This document shows, in pieces, positions 37,901 through 64,000 of a stretch of 64,000 nucleotides of DNA. A model generated the notes under the pieces. That model ran no database searches and was not told the origin of the DNA. It worked only from the letters and a program-made list of their open reading frames with translations. The translations under genes and the position numbers were made by a program. Source of the stretch: Callorhinchus milii. Taxonomy: Eukaryota. The stretch spans positions 186,001 to 250,000 of the forward strand of contig NW_024704742.1 in assembly GCF_018977255.1 (NCBI RefSeq), read 5' to 3'. Numbering within the stretch: the first letter of the stretch is position 1; the number at the start of each line of letters is the position of its first letter.

Positions 37901-38418
37901 GTGTTACTATACACAGGTCTAACGAACACAGGACTGAGTCTGCAGCTGTTCTATTACATTGTCAGTTCCTGATCTTTAACAGCTATCTGAAGAAGCGCCA
38001 GGTTGATGCTGATAATGCTATTAGAAAGAAGAGGTAAAACTGAATTTGAGAATACACAAACATGAAAAATAATTAACAGACCACATACTTCACAAAATCT
38101 GCAGTATTCTGTTCATGTAGTCTGTCACATACAAGAACATTCTTTCAAATGCTTTTAACAAACATAATTATCTTGCTGTGCATTATCACAAGGGGTTTGT
38201 CCAAATTAATGCATATTGGGTTAAACCAATTGTGGGGTTTGAGAAATGAAATACTTCTGAAGTAGTATAATCTTTCACTTTTCCTAGTCCATAAACTAGA
38301 TTGTCTGTCCCATTCCTAGTGAATTACTGCCAGTCACAGGAATACACTACATTATAATGGTCACAATCATTGATGAATGAACCTTAGTTTACTTTTCAGC
38401 AAGCTTTGAGGAGCTTAG

Positions 38419-53324
<14,906 letters not shown>

Positions 53325-53329
53325 TCCTG

Positions 53330-53560
53330 CGGTCCCAACACTTCCCGAGTCAGCAGCTGCCGCCGACCAACCAGCGCGGGGCGGACCCCCCCCCCCCCCC
53401 GGGCTGTCCTGTGGGCCGGGCCGCGCTCATCCCGTCGCCATGGAGATTCCTGACGCCGCAAACCATTGGACGGGCGGCAGCCGCACCCACATTCAAAACA
53501 ACTTCTGATTGGCTGTTCGAGCGGCCCCGCCCCTCCCGTCACTCCCGCCCCGAAAACAAC
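53330..53560 (-). promoter_or_regulatory. BBS7 CpG-island promoter with X-box-like motif, CCAAT and GC boxes
   Basis: GTCGCCATGGAGAT 53434-53447 (RFX X-box-like), ATTGG at 53465 and 53508, CCCCGCCC at 53525. Confidence 0.7.
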
Positions 53561-54184
53561 AGCCGCCGCCGCTGTCCCTCAGTGTGTGTGTGACCCCCCC
53601 CCACACCCCCCACAACAGCCCCCGGGGGGGGGGGGCACAGTATCACTCGCTCTCTCTCTCTTTACAGTATCAGCCCAACAGATTGCGATTCCCTGCTGTG
53701 GCCAAACCTCAGGCGAGTTCCCCCCCACACACCCACACACCCACACACACATACCCACTCCCCCACACACCCACTCCCCCATACACACACTCCCCCCCAC
53801 ACCCCCACCCCACACCCACCCCACACACACACACACTCCCCCACACACACACACCCCCCCCCACACACACACCCACACACACACCCACCCCCCCCACATG
53901 TACCCCCATGTTAGATTGGCCGGTCCTCCGGGGGTAATAAAATCCCCAAAAAAAAAGTCACTCAACCACAACTGTTTGTGGGGACGCCACTCCGCCACCC
54001 ACAAATACACACACACTTTACAGTATATCGTAAAGTATAAAGTGTGAAGTGCTTTGAGATGTCTCGAAAAAATCAATCCACACACAAACGCACACACAGA
54101 GTATTATTATTACCAGGGAACCTAACAGTGTTAGCCTCGCCAATGGACTAGTTCAATTGGCGGGCGAAACCTCGCTTATCCCAG

Positions 54185-54398
54185 GGTAATAATAATCCTC
54201 CAAAAAGATAATTTGGTCATTTCAATCCACACTGTTTGTGGGACATTGCTGTGCGCAATTGGCTGCCGCGTTTCACCCACAAAATATACAGTCAATTCAC
54301 TTTACAGTGTGTTCTGTGAAGCGCTTTGGGACGTCCTCCCGACGTGAAAAACGCTGCATCAAATGCAAGGATTATTATTATTATTATTATTATTATTA
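54185..54398 (+). mobile_element. 5'-truncated young SINE, representative of many similar copies (e.g. about 10107, 10680, 16165, 17590, 24625, 28880, 50420, 59830, 61015)
   Basis: Core ctgtttgtgggacattgctgtgcgcaattggctgccgcgtttc plus tail and (att)n. Confidence 0.88.
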
Positions 54399-55816
54399 AA
54401 CACAGCGGGGTCATTACCACATTTCTCAAGCAACGTTTACAGCACCTATAGAAAGAAATCTGACTAACTGTATCTCATTCACTTAACCTTTGATGCCCGA
54501 TTTAAATAAAATAATCCTTGCATTTGATATAGCACCTGATCAGTGTCGAGATGGCGACATAAACAACAAATTAAGGGGCAATTATGTCAAACTGGCTGAA
54601 TTGAACACTTCCAAAGCAAACATTGGCAATTTCTTGTGCTTAAGAGTGTTTTAAATGGAGTGAGGTATTGTTGAGAACTGGGGTAAAAGATCAAGGAATT
54701 CAAGGTGTTTTTAATACCAACGTATTCAAACTCAGAATATGTGGCACACATTAATAATTTTTATCATTTATTCCTAACAAAAATAGTTTCTGGGTTACTG
54801 TTGCTCACTTATCAACATCTAACTAATCAACATTAGGAGGCCTCACCTGCATTCCTGCAGCTGTTGTGGTTTGCTTTGATGCTGTTGAGGACAGGAAAGA
54901 TAATCAAAACAAACTAGTAATTTTGATTAAACAAATATTAACTTGAAAGATTGAACTTAAACTTTAAGATTATTCATAGTTGCGACTAACTTGCTAAACA
55001 CTACAATCATTAGGACTTTATGTCAGTGCCATTCTGAAGAGCACAAAAGGAATCACAGCTTTTATGATAGCTTCAGCAGCACATAATTTATTGATAACGT
55101 AGTTGTGTTAAGATTAACCCACAAATATAATCTACTTAGCAGTGGCCTATGTTCATATTATGTCATCCAGAATATGCTATTATAGTGTGAGTTATCCAAA
55201 GCCCTGTAATATCGTATGCTACTGAATGTTTTAATAAATAGGATAGCCAGAGAATATAAAAATAATTGATTGTGTCACACTATGAGGCATGCAACTCTCT
55301 TGATCCTTGAGCTGTATCTTCCAGCAAACTACTTTTCCAAAAAGCAAAATACTGCAGATGCTGGAAATCTGAAATTATTTTTCCATCTGTTTGATTACAG
55401 ACAGCAAGTGTCCATTCTCCTGCTCCAGGTTACAATTAATTATTACTATAGATATTTTATTACGCAGGGAATTTCAAAATAACAAGTATGACTTTTATTT
55501 TTAAACAAATTATTGTACAGATTTATTCACAAACAGTTATCAGGACAAGGAGCATTTAATGTAGTTCTTGTAGTGTACTGCAGTCTTCTAAAGTCTAATC
55601 TGCACTGTGCAGCATCAATCATTCTCGCTCCAATCCTTCATACAATTCCACTGTTCATTGGTCCCAATCTTCAATCTGTAAAATAAAGCATAAAACTACC
55701 AGTAAATCACAGGAGGTGTTGATCCTTCAGCTGAAGATTTATGGTACAACATTAAAAATGTCACCACATATTTAAAATTGGTAATAAATGTCATATATTC
55801 CTACATAAATTTACAT

Positions 55817-56115
55817 AATAATAATCCTTGCATTTGATATAGTGCTTTTCATGTCTTCTCGACGTCTCAAAGCGCTTCACAGAATAGACTGTAAAGTGAA
55901 TTGACTGTATATTTGTGGGCAAAATGCGGCAGCCAATTGCGCACAGCAGTGTCCCACAAACAATCGTGGATTGAAATGACCAATTTTTGTTTGAGGGATT
56001 ATTATCAAGCGTGTGGAATAAAGAAACTTGCCCAAGGTTTCACCCTGCCGGGAATCGAACCCAGGTCTCTCGCAATCAAAGCGAGTGCTCTAACCACTGA
56101 GCTACAGGACTCCAC
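55817..56115 (-). mobile_element. Full-length tRNA-headed SINE with intact Pol III boxes in OST4 intron 2
   Basis: Minus strand GGAGTCCTGTAGCTCAGTGGTTAGAGCACTCGC...GGGTTCGATTCCCGG followed by core and tail. Confidence 0.9.
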
Positions 56116-56207
56116 TGTACATAAATTCTCCAGGCAAAGTTCACATCTTTACACTACACAAATGTATTTCCTTACCCATCAGACTGTTATAGACCTAGTC
56201 TAATCCA

Positions 56208-56342
<135 letters not shown>

Positions 56343-57381
56343 TTACCACATTTATAATTCTAATGAAATTATGGAAGAATATAATATTGGTGTTCCTGCA
56401 AAGATATTAATTTTCAAAGTACACATTTACCCAGTAGCCCTCAGGATTACCATTTGTATTGTATCCAGTGGTCTGACTGACAATCTCAAGATTAAAAATA
56501 CATTTCACAATGCATAGCAAAAGCAGAAACACAATACAAATTTGCAAACAGACCATAGCCCTGTTAACAGTTTCCTAAATTGATAATGGTGGTTTCAATA
56601 ATGGCATTATCTCTTATGGATGAGGTACCGTTAATGGGGTACAGTATTATACAGATAGTGAATAATCTACTCTCAAGGCTCCTCAGATAGAGGAACCAAG
56701 AGAAATAAACTCAGCACTTCATTGAACGGTGAGCAAGCCAAGAGACTACAACCTCAATGTTAACAATAGAGTATCCCTTTTCAAACATATATATTTATAT
56801 ATTCTGGAGCTCTTTCATCAGTAATGATTTTAAATGAGAAATTGAATTTATACGTTCCAGTTCCAATGTTTTTCACCACTGTAGACTTTCACCATGGATT
56901 CAATGTACTACCACTGTAATTCAATTTAAAATTACCACATTTTTGTCTTAATTGAATACATAATTTTCCTCAATTTTGGGTAACATTGGAACAAGAGGCC
57001 ATTTAATGTGTTCAATCGTTTTATTAAATCAGGCAAATCTATTGCACCCCTTTGCCGCATCTTTGATCCGGATCCATTGATAACCTCGCTTTCCAACTTA
57101 TTTTATCCGTCTCCCTGTTGAATATCTGATTGCTGATCATGAGTGTGGTTTGGGCACTGCAATATTAAACTGCATGTAGATTGTGCCTTCACGCTGGATG
57201 GCATCTTGGGAGCACTTAAATGACTTCAGCGATTATACAATATACGCAGATCCGACTTATGCGGATTGTACTGGACTTCCAACTGATCTAAAGAAAAATG
57301 CCCTTTCACTATTCTCTGGATGAAGCAGTTTGGTTCTAATTTTAAGACCATATTCCCTTATGTTGGATTCCTCTGGAGATG

Positions 57382-57412
<31 letters not shown>

Positions 57413-57904
57413 TGGGGGGGAATAGGAGAAATCAGCGTATCTCCCCCTCCCCCATACACCACTCACTATAATATATGAGACGTCTCAAGGACGTGAAAAG
57501 CGCTATATCAGAGATGCAATGATTATTATTATTATTATTATTGTTATTGTTATTATGATGAATACCTCTCACCTGGTTACCATTGTCTAAAGCTCCTGAA
57601 ACTGACCTGTGCACAGCAGACAGTCAGTCAGTGGCTTTGGTCCCTTCACCAATGTTTTCCCGGAGTCGCTTTAAAACACCCACAAAAGAATCATTTCCTT
57701 TCAGTGACTGAGTGACCATTCCCCCCCTCTCTCTCCCCCACTGCCCTCCCAATCCCCGCGGCAGGAGCGGCGCCCTCAGCGTTTACCTGATGTCGGTTTC
57801 CTCACTGCCAGAAGCTCAGGCCACGTCCCCACAAGAGCGCCTCACACCAGCACTGCGGCTGCGCGGCGGCCGCCTCACACGTCAATAGGAAGCTGCGCAG
57901 GAGG

Positions 57905-58127
57905 TGGGCTCTGATCACGTGTCGGGGGGGGGCCTACGGTGGAAGGCTCTGATCACGTGTCGGGGGGGGCGGTGCCTACGTTGGGAGACTCTGATCACGT
58001 GTCTGGGGGGCGGTGCCTACGTTGGGAGGCTCTGATCACGTGTCTGGAGGGGAGGTGCCTACGTTGGGAGGCTCTGATCACGTGTCTGGAGGGGAGGTGC
58101 CTACGTTGGGAGGCTCTGATCACGCGC
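57905..58127. repeat. About 42-bp minisatellite carrying TGATCACGTG E-boxes in the OST4 promoter CpG island
   Basis: CACGTG at 57916, 57954, 57996, 58037, 58079; CACGCG at 58121; another CACGTG at 58239. Confidence 0.92.
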
Positions 58128-58677
58128 TCAGGGTGTCAAGGAGGCAAGAGGACTGATCCCGTGCCCAGGTAGCGCGAGACTTTGATCAGGTGACGGAAGG
58201 GTTGAGGGGGGGGAGTCGGGAGGGAGAGAGACTCTGATCACGTGCCGAGGGGTGGGAGTGACGGGTGGGCGTTCCTGCTGCTGATCGGAGAGGAGGCGAT
58301 GGGGGCGCCCGCGAGCGGGTGACAAGGAGCGGGTTTGAAAACACACGGTAACGGTTTCCAACGGCTTCAGGGTCGGGAGGACGTCCCGAGGCGCTCCCGG
58401 TGTCCGCCGTCACCCCCTCAGGGATAAGATATATATTATATTGTACTTTACAGGAACAGCCCATGAAGCGCCTTGAGATGTTGTCGATGGCACGAGGTCC
58501 TGCACCAGAGACTGCCATTAGTACTTATTATTATTATTATTATTAAATGTCTTTCTATCCACTATTTATTTATTTGTTTATGTATTTGTTTATTTAGGGA
58601 TTTAACCAAAACAAGACAGGGAATCTATTGTCTTGATAACAGCAACTAATTTGCTTAATTTTCAGATAAACTGTCTG

Positions 58678-59064
58678 ATAACTATCTGTTAGTATAACTA
58701 TCTGTTAGTATAACTATCTTTAGTATAACTATCTTTAGTATAACTATCTGTTAGTATAACTATCTGTTAGTATAACTATCTTTAGTATAACTATCTGTTA
58801 GTATAACTATCTTTAGTATAACTATCTTTAGTATAACTATCTGTTAGTATAACTATCTTTAGTATAACTATCTGTTAGTATAACTATCTGTTAGTATAAC
58901 TATCTGTTAGTATAACTATCTGTTAGTATAACTATCTTTAGTATAACTATCTGTTAGTATAACTATCTTTAGTATAACTATCTGTTAGTATAACTATCTG
59001 TTAGTATAACTATCTTTAGTATAACTGTCTGTTAGTATAACTATCTGTTAGTATAACTATCTGC
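58678..59064. repeat. AT-rich minisatellite, 24 units of ACTATCTGTTAGTATA (16 bp) or ACTATCTTTAGTATA (15 bp)
   Basis: Directly visible head-to-tail array with no spacers. Confidence 0.95.
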
Positions 59065-61602
59065 TAACGTGAGCATTTTTTCCCCTCAGTGACAGTTATT
59101 AAAATGAAATCAGAAGCTTTGGATTTTCTAACAATAAGACTCTGTTCCTGGAGCAGTTCCGGCCTTTGCACTGACTGATCTGTGAGCAAAATCATAATAA
59201 TCCTCTCCTCTAATACCATAATACAGTCATTTGACAAAACCTATGACAGGTCCAACTCTTCGACACCTGTCGACACATCAGACAGATGGTGAATTTCGCC
59301 CACAAATATACAGTCAATTCACTTTACAGTCTATTCTGTGAAGCGCTTTGAGACGTCGAGAAGACGTGAAAAGCGCTATATCAAACGCAAGGATTATTTA
59401 TGACTGTTATTATTGCTGAGGAAACCAGGGCTATGAAACTATACCGTATTCAGTCGTAAGATCAACAGAGGTAGCTGTTGAGCTGTTAGACATTTCAGTT
59501 CTGAAAAGAGAACTACGTGGTTCACAAGATCATATGGTTGGTTTGGATGAAGAAGACCCTTCAACACATCTCCACCCAAAATAACCACCGCCTCTCCCTC
59601 CCGCACACCAGCAAGTCCAGCCTCAACCACCCTTCCTGGCGACCTCTTCCAGGTGTTAATTACTTCTGAGTAAAGGTTAATTCTACAAGAGAAGGGAGTT
59701 TCTTCAGCCCAACAATTCTCCAGATTCTCCATGGCTGTTTGTGGGACATTGTTGCGTGCAAATTAGCTGCCACGTTTGCCTGCAAAAACACAGTCACTAC
59801 ACCTCTGTAAAATCCTGTGACATTTTAATAATAATAATAATCTTCGCATTTGATATAGCACTTTTCATGTCTTCCAGATGTCTCAAAGCGCTTCACAGAA
59901 TATGCTGTAAAGTGAATTGACTATATTTGTGGGCGAAACGCAGCAGCCAATTGCGCAGAGCAGTGTCCCCACAAACAGTCATGGATTGAAAATGACCAAT
60001 TTTTTGTTTTGGAGGGATTATTATGTTTTAAGACTGTAACAAAGTACTATATTGAATACAAGAATTATTATTTAACTCGTACTGAGATTTTCCAGTAATA
60101 AAGTCATAAATTCTTTGGTCTTTGTTCAGATGGGTTTGTTTCTCCAAAGATTGTTTCATCTATTTTTATGGGAGAATTGCAGTTTATGCATACATTTTTT
60201 GTTTAAAAAACTACAATATCTGTTGTTAATCTATTTAACTGTGATAATACCTTACAAACAATTCAGATCCCAGTTTCCAAAGCGGCATATTGTATTTTTT
60301 TTTACAGCAGATGTACATTGTGAAAAAAACTCACCCTTCGCACAATACTGTAATTCTCACCAACTCTATCTCAGAAAGCTCCATTCTCTCTATTACTTCA
60401 ACAATCTCTGCCTCCACTATGAAAGGCTTATGTGAAACGTGTTTGTGCACATCCAATCCATTCCTGTTATTATTGCAGTCACCTGGCAATCTCAGGCAAA
60501 AAAGAGCAAGAATGAATGGGGCACAAAATGAATCAGTATTCTGATGTAGTGGAGGAAGTTGTTCAGAGGTTCGGGTTTAAGAATATTATCAGTTTTGCTC
60601 TGTGGTGCGGCTGTATCTTACCCGGGAGTGCTTGAGGCTGACCCAGGCAGTACTCCAGTTCCATTTCTTCACATCAATGAGCACATGAATTGACCGAAAG
60701 GTTTACACGAAAAAAATACAGTTTCAATTTTGTTAAATTGGAGTAGCTTGAGGAAAATTTATAATTTATGTTTGTTAATTTATTTCAGACCCACTTGCTT
60801 TTGTGTAAACCTTGCCTTAAAGATTGTGTAAATCTGCTGCCTTAATAAAAAAAGCTGTTTCTACAGTAAACGTGCAGTCTATCACCGTACTTCAGCCACA
60901 AGGTCCACTGAGAACACACCTACCAGTATAACCGAGGGTGATGTCCTTGTGGAGCTGATGTCCTTAGATGTTTGCTGCCTACCAAGGCTGCATTCATATC
61001 AGGCACCTGTTGTTTAAATTGGTCACTCACTCCACGACTGTTTGTGGGACGCTGCTGTATGCAATTGGCTGTCACGTTTCGCCCACAAAATATACAGTCA
61101 CTACACTTTACAGTATATTCTGTGAAGCACTTTGAGACATTGCGAAGACATGGTAAACGTTCATTGTTATTGTTTTCTTCCGCAGCAATACTCCATATGT
61201 GTATTCCATTTGTGTTTTTTAACGTTCTTGAACAATATTTTCTAGTTTGAATTTTGATTTATGTTGATCATTTTTCCTGGTTCCATCTTCATACTTTTAG
61301 TTTTCAGCAGCAGTTTGAACTCGTCTCTGGTTGAGCTGAATCTTTGGTACAAACGGAATTGTCTTAACTTCTACTTTTTACGGATTGCTGCCAAGATCCT
61401 CGTCTTATTTAATGTTTAAATTCTGCATTTTGGTACATTTTGTCGGGTGCTGTAAATATCTCAGTCATTCCTTCTCAAATGATACGCAGCCATTGTTAAT
61501 GCTGAGGACCATATTAAAATTAGTGTTTTTTCTAGGATTGCTTTTCTCTACAGAAAGTTTTACTGCTCTACGTCTGTGGACGCATCCTGGTTTAGTCATA
61601 TA

Positions 61603-62400
61603 CAACAACAACAACAATAAGATTACATTTGTATAGCACCTTTCACGTCGGGAGGATGTCCCAAGGTGCTGGACAGAGTACAGCATTTCAGACCCGAGCT
61701 GAGGTCGGGGGCTGAAGGGAGGGGAGGGGAAGGGGGGTGGCCGATGGCGTGGTCAAAGAGGAGGGTCTTGAGGCGGGACTTGAAGGAGGCTAAGGAGGGG
61801 GCGAGGCGGAGTGACTGGGGGATGGAGTTCCAGAGGTTGGGGGCAGAGTGGCTGAAGGCTCTCCCGCCAATGGTGGGGCGGGTGGGTCGGGGGACGTGGA
61901 GCAGCCAGAGCCGGCTGAGCGGAGGGAGCGGGCGGGTTGGTAGGGGGTTAGGAGGTGGCAGAGGTAGGGTGGGGCGAGGCCGTGGAGGGCTTTGTAGGTG
62001 AGGACCAGGATCTTGAACTGGATCCTCTGAAGGATAGGGAGCCAATGGAGTCGGGCGAGAGTGGGGGAGATGGGGTCACGGAGTTTGGTGCGGGAGAGGA
62101 CACGGGCGGCAGAGTTCTGGATTATCTGCAGCTGTGGAGGGAGGAGTTGGGAAGGCCGACACGCAGGGCGTTTGCATAGTCGAGCCTGGAGGTGATGAAG
62201 GCATGAACAAGAGTTTCAGTGGCCTGAGGGGTGAGGGAGTGGCGGAGTCGGGCGATGTTACGGAGCTGAGGGAAGGTAGAGCGGGTCATGGCTTGGATGT
62301 GTGGGAGAAAAGTCAGTTGAGGGTCAAACAAGACACCGAGGTTCCTGACTGGCGGTGAGTTGTAGTGTGCAACCATGGAGGTTGATGCTGCCAGAGATTG
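61603..62400 (-). mobile_element. Young L2-type LINE 3' fragment
   Basis: [18 protein letters not shown]...LRNIARLR...[18 protein letters not shown]...PTIGGRAFSHSAPNLWNSIP...FKSRLKTLLF plus (ttg)n tail. Confidence 0.92.
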
Positions 62401-62769
62401 AGGTATCATCCAAATTTAATTGTCTCTTATTTCCCGATTTTGCTTTTATTCTTTTTCTCCATCTTCTAGAAAATGTACGACTGTTACAGTTGCTTCCTTG
62501 CTTTGTCAAGAATAAAAAGCTGAATATCAATCTTATTGTAATTTTGCCAGATTTATTATTGGAAACAAAATTTTATTTGGTGGATTGGTGACCAGAACAC
62601 CAGGAGAATAGCACCAAAGTATCTTTGTTGTCTACCTGAACAGGCAGACGTTAAACCTCCCACCCCTATCCTCCACCTTCTTGATTCCAACCTAATCTCT
62701 CAATTCATCGTCTCGATCTATTTTACAGATTATTTTCATGATCTTTTAGACTTTTTTTTGTATGTATAT

Positions 62770-63910
62770 TCTAATTCCCTTTAATTTTGCTTATTTTCTT
62801 ACTCAAATTTTGTATCATAATTTCTAGACTATCAACAGCATCCTGCATTTATCCACTTTTACCATTAATAAACATACTGAAGCTTATGATTTTCAGTCCA
62901 TTCGTGCAGACACTCTCTTGTACATCCTTGCTGGGTGAGGTTCACGTCGACCTATTTTATAGTCCTTAATTGTGTCAAAGTAATGGTTCTCAATATGCTT
63001 CTTTATTTGCCATCTGTTTATTTTATACTCAATTAGTGAAATCAAATAATGGCAGAGGACAGACATTGAGCAGGATATAGGAGCTAATCAAAACCCACTG
63101 AAGAAGTTAACAAACGTTTTCCTGTCACCACATCGATGTGGTAAACTGCAATGATGAAATTCCACACAAATACAAATCATGTTGTAAATGAGAATTTGCC
63201 GTGATTAACAGGAAGACACCAACATTTGTCATTCAGGAAACACTAAGAATTGTGAAAGGTTTAGCCCATTCTGTTGTTGATAAACAGCTGCGAAATCCCC
63301 TTAGGATTGATCCACAGACTCTTTGTAATATTTTAATATTATAAATTCAGCAATGATTCTATCAGCAAAATGACAAGTTTAAGGATTACTCCCAAAAGTG
63401 TGGAAAACCAAGAGCACAGGTGATGGATATTGTTCAAATAGATTTGCAAACAACAACAAATTGCATTTCCTGTATATAGTGCCTTTTATGTTATGTTGAA
63501 TAAACATTAACAGGACAAATGGTTGGTAAACTGACCTACTTGTAGAGAAACGTAAGGTCTTGCATATCAGTGCTAAAATATTATTAATTCAAGAACATAT
63601 TACCGTATTTCAAGAATAAGATTTTGTATGTGACTTGATCAAACATTATTGAGAAATATGAGACGCCTTGACAACGTGATGAGGTGCTATATCAAATACA
63701 AGGATTATTATTGTTGATTCATGGCAACAATTGGTAGAGCCAAAATAAATTCTTAATGTGTACAATATGTAGAGTTTATATTCAAGAAGGTTATGTTTAT
63801 TCTAAAGGAAAGATGAGAACACATAATGGACAATTGTCGCATTCTCATCATAATATATGAGGAGAATAACGGAGAGATACAAGGGATTGTACATGCCTTA
63901 AATCAATCTG
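62770..63910 (-). pseudogene. Probable decayed polycystin-1-family (PKD1-like) gene remnant
   Basis: Peptide fragments in shifting frames with many stops, in the order of polycystin-1: IDLR...LRYSP, IFP, LALPIVAM, ADRIIAEF, KGISQL, EW...FPE, ANSHL, LAPISC...RW...KDYKI, MQDAVDSLEIMIQNL. By-eye alignment only. Confidence 0.55.
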
Positions 63911-64000
63911 CATTGATGAAAGGTTAAAGAAAGAAAATATATTCTAATCGGTAAAGTAAAACTAAAACGTGACAATGATCAGACTTTTAAAAATCGTGAA

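Noticed and set aside
58678..59064. CRISPR-like array
   Set aside because: No unique spacers, no cas genes, eukaryotic context; it is a minisatellite.
63549..63581. 33-nt exon-like segment TDMQDLTFLY
   Set aside because: The nearest upstream donor would give an intron of only about 20-30 nt; treated as part of the decayed region.
59100..64000. TRPC3 3' exons expected from human synteny
   Set aside because: No EWKFAR TRP box or TRPC C-terminal peptides found; the decayed fragments fit polycystins better.

Overview
Eukaryotic vertebrate genomic DNA, most likely a cartilaginous fish (inferred from its CR1 and L2 LINEs and Deu-core tRNA-headed SINEs). Four complete intron-containing genes were assembled by hand from splice sites: EXOSC9 (+, 12 coding exons, 438 aa, with one GC-AG and one U12-type intron), CCNA2 (-, 8 coding exons, 427 aa, plus a probable non-coding first exon and a near-human CDE/CHR promoter), BBS7 (-, 19 exons, 715 aa) and the 37-aa microprotein gene OST4 (-, absent from the ORF track). 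The left end probably holds an 18-nt microexon and the last exon of an unidentified + strand gene. The right end holds a heavily decayed - strand sequence whose fragments line up in order with the TOP/transmembrane/C-tail region of polycystin-1; this probable PKD1-family pseudogene is the most novel candidate but rests on by-eye alignment. Other points of note are tandem repeats that multiply functional motifs (EXOSC9 exon-1 splice donor, E-boxes and GATA sites upstream of OST4), a hAT MITE and inverted SINE/LINE pairs. Most ORF-track ORFs are repeat or low-complexity artefacts. Comparisons to human sequences are from memory and need database confirmation.
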